From the NCBI GenBank assembly GCA_002269645.1, contig NIVC01003058.1, positions 58,317 through 122,316 of the forward strand: 64,000 nt of DNA, in the 5' to 3' direction. Origin of the DNA: Macrostomum lignano (Eukaryota). Every line of letters begins with the position of its first letter. The first letter of the stretch is position 1. The notes under the pieces were generated by a model. The model was not told the origin of the DNA. It saw only the letters and a program-made list of their open reading frames with translations, and did no database searches. Below are positions 52,593 to 62,644 of this stretch, in pieces. A program made the position numbers and the translations under genes.

Positions 52593-54716
52593 CTAGCTGC
52601 AGTCAACAGATGAGATTCGGACCTCCCCATTCATCATCGAGTTTCCTCCGGCCACGCCGTTGCAGTCGGTGCCGAAGCAAGCAGAGCCGCCGCCTCCACC
52701 GGCGCATTCCGAGACGGCACCGGCGCCGCCGCCGCTGTAGCCGCCGCCGCCGCCGCTGCCGCCGAAGTAGGCGTCAGCTCCATAATTGATCATTGAGCCC
52801 CTGGCGCCGCCGCCGCCTCCACCGAAGCCGCCGTCGCCGGTAGCCATCGTGTCACCGCGGACGCCGCCCAGCCACCCGCCGACGCGGCTGAAGCCTCCGG
52901 TGCCGTCGGTGGGGTAGAGGCCGGTGTTGGAGACCGCGCTGCCGTTCCAGCCGGCGCCGGGGCCGCCCGGGCTGTGCCGATTGTCCGGGTTGCCATAACG
53001 CGACGGGGCCACCCTGCCCGGCTCGCCCCCGTTGCCTCCAAGTCCCTTGTAGTCATTTGATTGGTAATATGAAGAGTCGAATCCATAGCCCACAGTCATA
53101 GCCCACAGAATTGCCGTTCACACCTGAAAGGTTTTAGGGAATGTTTAAATATTGTTAAGCCAATTAAATAAAGACAATTGCACAGAACTAATGTTGACTC
53201 AAAGAAGTTTCCAGCTCGTTCACACAACCATCAAGTGGGACCAAATTTCGAGTGATCAAATTTTGATGCCTTCGTAGACTTTGATGGTTCACTTGATGGC
53301 AGTGTGAATTGAACCTTTAGAAGTGACGATAAATACAGACTCCCGTACTGCGAGGTACAAAGGTACTTCGGTTCTGAATTTATACGAAAGTTTAGTGTTG
53401 ATCCTTTGCATGTCACCAGAATAAATTAGGAAGCCACTGCCGCAGATTCAAGGCGACAGTCGACCGGCCCAAACCCGAACCTTTCCAACGTTGTCAGGCC
53501 CGAGAATTTCTGTCAGCCTGTTCGCTGCAGGGCGAGCGACCATCCACCTCCTGGACTCTCCGAGGGGGACCACCGGATCTCCGGATCTCCCTGCGCGACA
53601 CCGCAGCACCAGCTGCCCGTGGTCGCCAGGGGTTAGCGACGCCTCCTTGCTGTATCCGGATGCCCGGAGCCCCTTGCAGCTGAGTCAAATAAGACTCTCT
53701 CATTGTTAGGGTTGGCCCTGTGGGTTTGAATCGCACTGCATCAAACCCACAGGGCATGCATGAACTACTGCATCACCTGCAAATCTTACCGATTGCATCG
53801 TACGAAGCTCCGCCGCCTCCGCCAGCAGCGATGAGCAGCTGGTTGTCGCTGCTCTTGTACACGAAGCTGCCACCGCCGCCGCCCGAGCCGGCGTACTTTG
53901 CAGCCGACTGTTGGCCCGCCTGGCCAACAACGATGGCCAGATCGGTTTCGGCAGTCAGGCTGAAGGTTCCAGCGATGGAGGCGCCTTTGCCGGGATTCTT
54001 TGTTGCGCTGTAGTCCCAGCCGCCTCTGGCTCCCAAGACTTCGATGCGGTAGCAGCCGGTTCTCCTGATGCTAAGAGCTTGGATGGAGCCGTCCTTTCCG
54101 GAGCCCGTGGCTGTATTTAAAAGTTTACATTATTATTCGCAGGAGGACTGTACATAGACATCGGTCCCACAACCAGCGCTGAGGCAGTTGTGCCCATTCC
54201 GCTGACTTCTGTCTGAGCATATAAAAAGCGCGCCAATACTGTACGCAGGCACGAACTCACGCACACGGTCCCTTAATTGGGAATTTAGTAGTCCCTGATA
54301 CATGCCAACACTAAAAACTTACCGGTAAAGGTGACTCTCATCTTTCTCTCTTGCAGCAACCTGGAAAAGTCTGGCAGAGTCCAGATTTTGACTCCATTAC
54401 CGCTTTGAAACTCCCTGCGCTGGTGCCTCTCGGTCGGCTGCAGCTGACCATTTGATTCGTCATCAACGAAGATAAAATCGCAGGTAAATTGACTGTCGCT
54501 TTTACTCTTAGCAACCACTGCGTCGCATTGTTTCTCCTGGCATTTTACAGCGCAGTGAATGTCGCTGCGAGCATCGGCATCAATTAGCATCCGTGTGCTG
54601 TGAGCTTCCGTGATGTTGATGGAGCTCGCAACCTCGTAATTAATCTGACAGTTGATTGGGATCGCAAAAGCTGCAATGAACAGTTTTCTGGCAATACAAA
54701 CTCGTCGGATAAACTG
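52593..54716 (-). CDS. Secreted-type PAN/apple + ALK/LTK glycine-rich domain protein without kinase (frameshifted in exon 3, possible pseudogene)
   Basis: Exons ~54716-54323, 54110-53790 and 53123-52593, with GTAAG donors and phase-1 junctions. PAN-like HCAVKCQEKQC...TCDF. Glycine-rich domain motifs: TGCYRIEVLGARGG, GTFSL...[54 protein letters not shown]. Confidence 0.75.
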
Positions 54717-55116
54717 CTGTTTCAGTGGATGATGTCAGAAAAACATTTAAAAAACGAGGCAACAGAAGCGACGCAATGTCGGATGGGCTTACCAAGAATT
54801 GAGCAAAGAACAGTTACTACCGTCTTAGTTGCGAGAGCAGTCATTTTGAATTCTTGCGTTTGAGCAGCTTTCTTTGTTTTAATTCCCAAACGTTGCTATC
54901 TGTGGAGTAGATTTGAGCCATAAATTTTATTAGCGCATTTTTATACGTTCAGCCACCCCTTAAACCATAAGCAAGTATGCGTGGGTAGGCCAATTGTCAT
55001 CTACATGCAAGCGGCAGTTAGCTAATGCGTCTGCCCAGTTTTTTTCTGTTGCTAAGAGCAACGAGCGTACGTGCATACCGCTGCAGTTGGTTGCAGACAT
55101 GTACAGACCATATATT

Positions 55117-57332
55117 TGATGTAACCACGCTCTGGTCGCGGGATAGGGCATGGGAACTTTTTCGAAAGTGCCTCCTATCCCGTGCACCCTCTGCACAGAG
55201 CTGTCGAGACTCGGCCAGGTCTCCGACCGGGCCTGGAGACTCCCGCTCTGCTGCACCCCTCCTGCTGCCTTGGTCCCGTCTCTCCTGCCGCCACACCTGC
55301 CTTTCCGGAGCCCCTACCCCTTTCTGTACCTCCCCCTCTACCCTATCTCTTCTGTTCCCGCCCTATTCTTCCTGTACTTTCTCTACCTCCTCCTTTTTTT
55401 TGTCTCCCTCTGCACTCTTTTCCTGCGCTGTCCCCTCTTTCCCTGTGTCTACTTACAGTACGTTGTGTGCTCACCGTCTCCCCATCCCCTCTCAAACTCC
55501 CAAACGGTGACGCAAGTCGTGTGACCCCTTCTCCCCCTCGGTGACTCATCGATGACTCATCCCCCTCTCTTGCGCAACCTTTTCTCACGCTATTGTTCTC
55601 CTTCCCAAATTTCTCATGTGACACCCACCCCACCTCCGCTTCTATTGTTCTCGTTTTTGCTTCTTTTGTTCTCTCGACCCCCACCAATTATCACATTTTC
55701 TCCGATTTTCTCTTTCTTTTGTTCTCGTTTTCGCACCTAATTATCACCTTTTCTCCAATGTTTACTTTTCCATTGTTCTCAGTTTTCCCCAATTATCCCC
55801 GATTTCCAATTCCTTTGTTCTCGACCCCAGCCCTATTGTTCTCAATGTTTGCTTGCGCAACACTTTCGCGACCACCCGCGCGCCAATTATCCCCCCACCC
55901 CACCTCCGGATTGCGCAATTTCCCGATTTCTCATGTTGCTATGCCGGTCTCATGCTTCTCATCATGACTCATTCTGACGTCATTCTGCCGGCAGCCAATC
56001 AGAGAGAGGGAGCCATGGTAACGACCTTGAGGAGGCGGCTGTGAGGTCTATAAAAGGAAGCGATTTCGGCATGAGAATACTCAACTGAGTTTATCTCTGT
56101 TCCTCTCCTCGTCCTTCTTTGGACTTGCTGTCAGATTGAGCTCTGACCCATTCGTCTATAAGACGAATCCCTGCCGGTCCGCGGTCTGTTACCGCCAAGT
56201 TATCCTTAGCTCCCCAAGTGAGCTCGCCTATCGGCCAGCGGTCTGATACCGCCCAGCATCATCAGCATCGCCTGATCTACATCAGCGCCTCGTCGCTCCA
56301 GCGCATCGCCGCTTCACCGTCTGCCTGACTGCAGCCTACAGCCGCCCTCGGTCACTCCGCCTCTCTCTCTCTCTGTGCAGCTGCCGGTAAGTTCCTGCTA
56401 CTAATTTGTGCTCTAATTGCCTTTGCTTATCCGGGGTTTGCCTATTTTCCATTGTCTGATTAGAGAGCAGAGCCAATTGTGATACCGTATCTTTTGCTGT
56501 ATTTTACTCAATAGTGAAGCCGCCTAATTGCCTGCTTATTTGCCTAAGGGCCTAATTATTAGCTATTAACTAACTTCATCATTATTCAATCTTTCACCAT
56601 CATTTCACTCATGGCGTGCTAAGCCTTTCTCCCGGGGTGGCAAAGCATAAGGAAGTTTGGGTAAGCTAATGGCCTCTCCCCGTGCAAAGCCCGCCTGTGA
56701 GTGCGTGCTGCGGGGCCGCGTGTGCGTGCAGTAGAGGGATTAGCGAGTCTTGGCACAGAATGGCAGTAGGAAAGGTTGCAACCCCATGCTAACGCGTCCC
56801 TTCGCCCTGAGCAATCTAAACTGTAGACAGTACATGTTCGCCTCATACTACTCTTAGTAATCAAAGTCGCAAGCAGCCTCGCTCACAGCCACAAAGGATC
56901 CCCTGCTGAGAAATCCTCCAGGATTGAGCCCAGAGTTCCCGATCATGCCCCAAGCAGAGTCCCTGTACTCGGCTGCATGCGTCTCCCCTGTTAGCCTAAA
57001 TCCCCTGGTAACCAATCCAGGCGGGGCTCTAGCCTCGAGAGGTCTGGTAGAAAGATCCAGGTGCGCCAGGTCACATAGAGTGGTGGCAGCCACTCGGTCA
57101 TACCATGACCGAGTGACCAACTATTGCACCTTGGCTACAGGTGGGGTCCATGTGGGTCCTTGGCCCTCTGGTCACGAAGCGCTACCAAAGCTACTAATCA
57201 TGTGGGCGGGACAGTCTGGTGCTGGAGGTCCGTCAGGTCATTGCCCGGTCATAGGCAGCCTACGGTCATTGCCCCTCTAGCCATGCGTTCGTCTCTCTAC
57301 GGAGCGGACAGGCGACAAGGGCGGTTACATCA
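55117..57332 (+). mobile_element. 5' LTR (2216 bp) of a Ty3/gypsy-type retrotransposon
   Basis: TG...CA ends with perfect 10-bp inverted termini TGATGTAACC (55117-55126) and GGTTACATCA (57323-57332); PBS 3 nt downstream; internal CCAAT and TATA boxes. Confidence 0.85.
55542..56055 (+). promoter_or_regulatory. LTR U3 enhancer/promoter
   Basis: TGACTCA x3 (55542, 55553, 55965), TTGCGCAA x3 (55570, 55853, 55911), TGACGTCA (55975), CCAAT (55995), TATAAAA (56049), TTGTTCTC x7. Confidence 0.7.
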
Positions 57333-57335
57333 AAA

Positions 57336-57353
57336 TGGTGGCAGCGGTGGGAT
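57336..57353 (+). other. Primer-binding site complementary to tRNA-Leu 3' end
   Basis: TGGTGGCAGCGGTGGGAT is the reverse complement of ATCCCACCGCTGCCA-CCA, the 3' end of animal tRNA-Leu(AAG/TAG) as I recall it (18/18). Confidence 0.9.
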
Positions 57354-59704
57354 CTGGTGCAAACAGCGCTGAGTTTCGGACTGGTGGTTTAGATGTGACA
57401 AGCGCACCTGTGGCATCCCTCAGAATGGTGGCCGAAGCGCAAAGAGTGCCATGTCTAAATCTACCAATCGTAAAAATCGCCAATCGTCATTCTCTTCTCC
57501 CATGGCGTGAGGCAACAAAATCCAAAAAATATTAATGTAACTTTTCAAATTTTTCGGGCTGCGAATTCGTTCAATTCATTCGAAATTTCCAAATTCATTC
57601 ATTCGCCAAAAGCCCCTGATTCAATTTAAAATTAATTTAGCCGATCAGTTTCAGCGCTAGAAAGTGTGAAGTGGTAGACGAGCGGATTTGATTACAATCA
57701 GAATAGCTACCTGGTAACGGAGTGTGTGAAGAACTGCGAAAGTGAATTTTCCGGACTCACTTTCTATTTCATGGTAATATGCTTTATTTCCCCTCCCTTT
57801 CTTTCTCTCGCCTAGCCTACAGCAGAACTGTGTGAGTGTTGAGGTGGACAGCCAGCCAGGTACGGAAGCCTCATCACGCAAGCACAGGGAAGCTGGAAGC
57901 GAAGCATTTCTTTCCTTTGTCCTACCTCTTTCTTTTACTCGGGGGAGTGTAACAGTCGCTCTCCCTGATCGCTCAGTTAATCCTAGAAATGCGTAGAGAC
58001 CGGAGCGTGTTTTGTTTGTCCATTAGAATGAACAGCTATCAAGGGCTATGGGGAACTCGCTATATATGCATAGTAAGGGAAGCAGTAGTCATGGCCTTGG
58101 AAACATTGGGGGATACCAAAGTCTCGCAGGAATGGGAATAGCGGTGTGATTGTATCTCTGTAGGGTATCAGTGTGACTCAAAAATCTCGGGCTAAAAAAA
58201 GTGTCACCTCCTATGGAATACCTGCGATCAGCCCGGACCTGAATTCTGCGGTAACCCCTGGTGCCTTCATGGCTGGGATTCGATCCCAACGTGTCTGCTG
58301 ACTCTCCCCACTGTATTGCAGACCCGGTAGTAACTGCTTTGGTTGCATTTGGGCTGGTGCAGTGGCTGGAAATAGTAGATCCCATAGTATCCTATTGATA
58401 GTGGAGTTCAGTGAGTATTGGAATGGTGTACTGGAAGTCTGGTGGCCCCCAGTGATCTCGTAATGTTTCCTGCTGCATTCTCCTCCTTTAGTAATTCCTC
58501 CCCCCTGCTGTCAGTCTGATAGGGGAGGTGGGTGTGCCAATCAGCCCGACCCGGTAGAACGGCGCTCCTGCCCGACTTGTCAGCCTGGCCCAGGAAGGCG
58601 CTATTGCGCAACTCTTTTCCCCTCTGGCCACTGCAGCCCACTAAGCGCTTAGACGCAGGGTTGCATGCAGTCCCCTAATGTAAAGCCCCGGTACATAGAG
58701 TGCCACCCCAGTGCCCCGCAAGGTCAATAAGACGGGTTGACGTCTCTGGCAACTTGGAATAACCTAGATGGAGGTACCGCTGTCTCCTGGTAGAACCGGG
58801 CGTTCAAGTACAGTAAAGTGGAGAGGCTGACAACTGTAGGACTTTCTCCGCCATCAGATAAAGGTCCCAAGTATGCTATTTCGAGCTGCAGCAAAGGTGG
58901 AGTATCGGAGGGCAAGCATTTCAGGAAGATACTCACTTAGGTCTGTTTATCCTAGGAAAGCGGGCGAGAGTTTCAGGCTTGTAATCCGCCTAACCTGAAA
59001 ACTTCGGGGACAGTTTAGTCTGGACTCCCGCTGCGCGCCTTCGCTCTGAACAGAAGGGGGAGGTCTTGGTTTTTGTGGATTCTGCTAGACGTAGGGGAGC
59101 TGGATTCCCGCCTTTTGTGAAGCTGCGTGTACAAGATTGGTAGTCCTGAGGTGGAAGCCCCACTGGACTCCGACGGTTTTCCGGCTGTGCAAGGGCAGTA
59201 AAGTGGGAGGACCTCCATGGGGATTGCTCCCGCCACTTGGGTTTTTGGGTCCAGGCGCCAACGCTTCTTCGTAGTAGCTTTCTTAAGGAAATGGGGTCCG
59301 GCGCGCAACCCTAGGGGAGAATTTGTACAGGTGCCGTAAGTCCGTTTACGGTCGGCATTTGGGTTCCCTAGCATGGCCGCAAAATGAAGGTCAAGTCTCT
59401 CTGAATAGCCAATTTTTCCCTGTCAGGATGTGCCATAGACAACTGGTAGTGGTAGCCGCAGTTTGAGTCAGTGTGCTTTGCCGAGTGAAGCCGTTAGGAC
59501 TGCCTAACTGGAATTATGTGGAGCCACCCGTTTTTCAATTTGTTTTCTTCGACGCCGCAAGTGTGTGAGTTTTGTCTGTGTTTGTGTGTGTGTGAGTGTG
59601 TTTGTGTGTTTCGGATCAACTTTTCGGTCTTTACCTGTAGTTGCCCCGGTTTTCTTTTCTTTTCCTTCCCGGTGTGGGTACTCCCCCAGCTATCCGGCAT
59701 TCAC

Positions 59705-61150
59705 ATGTCACGGGCGCGTGGAGATAGGGTCGTAGAAGCTGTGTGCGCAGACGCCCCTGGTCAACCACCCTCGGCCGCTGACACCCCAGCAGTTGCCGCC
59801 CCCGCAGCCGCAATGGCCGCAGCCGCTGGTAACCAGGTCCCTCAGCCTCCAGAAGCAGTAGTAGTTGAGGAACCAGATGAAGGAGTAGCAGCTCCCGCTC
59901 CCAATCAGGGTGGCGCAGCAGCCGCCGCTGCTCCCCCGGACGCAGCCCAGAATCCTCCTCAGGCAGTCCCGCAGCTAGGAGACTTAGTTGCCGCTATAGC
60001 CAATGCGTTTAACCAGCTAAACATGGGCCAAGACGCCCAGAGGCCGAAAATCTACGTAGAAAAGTTCTCTCCCGGCGAACACTGTTTTGTGCAATGGGTA
60101 GAGAGAATGATCTACAAGCTGGACGCGGAGAGAACTGTAGGAGATCAGGCTAGGAAGCAGGTGCTCATCTCGCACCTCCCAGGTGAATTTCAGAACTTAG
60201 CCTTAGGATTGGACGGGCAATTGCCCTTTGAGCAGTTCGTATCTAGATTAGGAGAGCAGTTGGGCGAGGCCAACACTGATCTGGCTAAGAGAAATAAGCT
60301 GAAGAATCTGAGCCAGAAACCCGGCCAATCACATAGTGCTTTTGCTGCTATGATAAGATCTCAGATAACGGCCATGTTTCCTCAGATTCAGGGTGAGCAG
60401 AGAGAACAAGAAATCGTGTACACCTACTTGGAACACGCTAAGCTCCCCCGCCAGGTCAGACAAGATCTGTTGAGCCGTCGCTGGCAGACAATTGAGCAGG
60501 TGTTAGAACAGCAGCAAGCCCTGTTAGAAGCCGCAGACTTAGCCGGGAAATGGGACAGTAGTGGCCCGCCCAGGTCTGAGTCCCGCACCGAAGTCCGTCT
60601 GCAACCTCAGCAGCCACCCAGGCCCCCTCGCAAGTGGGTCAGGATGGTGAACCAGGAAGCTGACGAGACGGAGGAGGACGGTGACGGCCTATCAGAGATG
60701 CAAGAGAGGTTGGGCGCGCTAGAGCAAACGCAAAAGGATCTGCGCAACCAGCTGGTGCAGCTCAATGAAACTATGAAGGCGACAGCAGAGTCTGTTGCCC
60801 AGCTGCCCCAGCAGATGAGGCCCCCTCGCCCCGCCACTCCCAACAGGAACTGGAGGCAGGGGCAGGGCGGCTCTAATAGCAGTAGGAACTGGCGCCAACC
60901 CCAGCCCCCGCCGCTTGCAATTCAGGAGGCGCCCACGCCGCCGGCGCCGGGTGTGCAGCAGCAGCAATTGCAGCTTCGTGCGCCACCTGATCGCCATAGG
61001 CAAGATTTAGAGGAGTGGGGCAGAGATATGTTAGACGAGGCTACCAGGGAGAGGCAGGAGAGGCTCGCCCAGCTGCGCGCGCAAGCTCTGATGCCTCCTC
61101 CTTCCACGCCTGAAGAGCCCCCGGGTTCGGGAAACCCGTGGGAGGGCTGA
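59705..61150 (+). CDS. Retrotransposon Gag (Ty3/gypsy capsid-like), 481 aa, no CCHC knuckle
   Basis: ATG 59705. Capsid-type segments KFSPGEHCFVQWVERM...RKQVLISHLPG and LKNLSQKPGQSHSAF; coiled coil LSEMQERLGALEQ; downstream of LTR and PBS. Confidence 0.8.
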   Translation: MSRARGDRVVEAVCADAPGQPPSAADTPAVAAPAAAMAAAAGNQVPQPPEAVVVEEPDEGVAAPAPNQGGAAAAAAPPDAAQNPPQAVPQLGDLVAAIANAFNQLNMGQDAQRPKIYVEKFSPGEHCFVQWVERMIYKLDAERTVGDQARKQVLISHLPGEFQNLALGLDGQLPFEQFVSRLGEQLGEANTDLAKRNKLKNLSQKPGQSHSAFAAMIRSQITAMFPQIQGEQREQEIVYTYLEHAKLPRQVRQDLLSRRWQTIEQVLEQQQALLEAADLAGKWDSSGPPRSESRTEVRLQPQQPPRPPRKWVRMVNQEADETEEDGDGLSEMQERLGALEQTQKDLRNQLVQLNETMKATAESVAQLPQQMRPPRPATPNRNWRQGQGGSNSSRNWRQPQPPPLAIQEAPTPPAPGVQQQQLQLRAPPDRHRQDLEEWGRDMLDEATRERQERLAQLRAQALMPPPSTPEEPPGSGNPWEG

Positions 61151-61191
61151 ATGGCCCGGCCCGAACTCAGCCCCGTTCCCTCTCTAGGGCC
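61129..61191 (+). other. -1 programmed ribosomal frameshift signal
   Basis: G GGA AAC slippery heptamer in gag phase (61129-61135), 8-nt spacer, stem GGGCTGA/TCAGCCC, possible second stem GGCCC/GGGCC. Confidence 0.7.
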
Positions 61192-61289
61192 CAGCTTAAC
61201 CTGCCACGTCCGCCCAGCAAGAAGTTTAGATTTGAGAAGGTACCCGATTTCTATCAGCCAAGACCAGCTGAGGACAACGCGGGAGAGAT

Positions 61290-61652
61290 ATTGTTGTAGA
61301 GTTGCCAATTGAGAATGTTCCCACCCGCCTCCTGGTAGATGGGGGCAGTGCGCTGTCTTTGCTAACAGTCAAAGACTTTACTAAAATTACCGGACAGAGT
61401 GTGGAGGCCCTGGAGCCCCCATGTGTGAAGGCCGTGTCCTACACGGGCAATGAATTAGAGATGCTAGGCCAGGCCACCCTCACAGCAGTTATTGGGCTAG
61501 AAGAGGTGAGAATCCTCTTTCTGGTCGTTGGCAATTCAGCAGCAGTTTCCCTCCTGGGTAGTGCTTTTCTAGCCAGTACGCATGCTATCATAGACTATCG
61601 AACAGAAAAGGTTTACTTGCTAGGTGTGAGTCTCCCATTCGACCCCCGCTGA
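61290..61652 (+). CDS. Retropepsin-type aspartic protease (disconnected from transframe by a 1-nt lesion)
   Basis: IVVELPIENVPTRLLVDGGSALSLL, VSYTGNELEMLGQ, SLLGSAFL and HAIIDY match the retroviral-type protease fold motifs; stop at 61650-61652. Confidence 0.8.
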   Translation: MVVELPIENVPTRLLVDGGSALSLLTVKDFTKITGQSVEALEPPCVKAVSYTGNELEMLGQATLTAVIGLEEVRILFLVVGNSAAVSLLGSAFLASTHAIIDYRTEKVYLLGVSLPFDPR

Positions 61653-62237
61653 GTAACAGATCGGTAGCTAGCCAGTGATTGCTTAATTCCCCCCCCCCGA
61701 TTCGCGTGTCGAAATTTTGCTCGTGTTGCCCCGTTGGAGACCGCTTTTCGCGTATTTACGTATGCCCTCTATTACTCGAATTTATGTTGTGACCTCGTGC
61801 TCGTTGGTGTTGTTTAAATATCTAAGATTTTAGCTCGAAAATTAGGCCCGTACAGTATGCGTTAATTCCCTATCAGTAAATATTAACTTGGAAACTAGTA
61901 AAATTTCTATGGGTCTGCTCCACAGGAGGTCCTGCCCCGCTGTTTAAGATTTTCTGGGAACAATGGAAGTCTGGGACCGTAGGAAATTAGCACCTTTAGG
62001 TCTGATTTCGTGTGTTTGTTCACACTTTGTGAAAGTCCGATTTTGGGAAACTTTTAATTGGTTTCGATGAGGCAATAGGGGGCATTCAATGTAATTAAGT
62101 TTATCAGGCAAATGGGGCAGCAATTAGTTTAGAGTAGGCCAGTGGTTTAGTCAATGTAAAGTCAGGTAAGTAATTAAAGTCAAGTTATGGGGACAGATAG
62201 TTCAGAATTAGTAAGTAAGCATTAAGAACCACCAGCA

Positions 62238-62644
62238 TCAGCAGTTGGGAAGCCGCAGAAATAGCTCCAAGAGCAGTAGCCAGTGCATTGTGAGACCGGC
62301 TATTAGGGCCGTCGACAGCACGACCAAATGCCAGGAGCCGTCGGTCTCCACCACAGGGGTTGGCAAGGGCTGTGGAGCGGCAGCCACGGGCGTCACCGCG
62401 GCGACCGGCGGCGGAGCGTGCGCTCGGGCTGACAACGGCGGTGGTACCGGATGCCAACCGGCCCCGGACGCTGGTTCGCTGGCGGCCCGGCGGTCGCATG
62501 GCCCGGGAGCCGCGGCGCCTATGTCACCAGATGGCGCAGCCGGCCCAGAATCAGAGGGGGCGTCCGGCTCTGAATGGCTGTCTTCGGGCGCTTCGTAGTC
62601 GGACTCCTCTTCAAGGATGGGCTCGGCTACTAGCGGCCGGAATC
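62238..62644 (-). CDS. Antisense exon encoding an acidic/Pro/Ala-rich segment with a C-terminal hydrophobic helix
   Basis: Strong minus-strand acceptor (polypyrimidine + TTTTCAG ending at 62645). Frame open for ~135 codons: PLVAEPILEEESDYEAPED...WHLVVLSTALIAGLTMHWLLLLELFLRLPNC*. No ATG upstream of the hydrophobic segment. Confidence 0.45.

Noticed and set aside
53440-53700. GC-rich island in intron 2 of the glycine-rich gene as an extra exon
   Set aside because: No convincing splice pair and no recognisable peptide in any frame.
55520-55530. Alternative LTR start at TGTGACCCC
   Set aside because: Poor match to the 3' terminus; 55117 gives a perfect 10-bp inverted repeat with TG...CA.
58408-58641. 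Antisense ORF beginning MGC (lipidation motif)
   Set aside because: The start codon is GTG, not ATG, and there is no other support.
59516-59704. N-terminal extension of gag
   Set aside because: Covers a GT repeat and polypyrimidine tract upstream of a splice acceptor; ATG 59705 is the likelier start.
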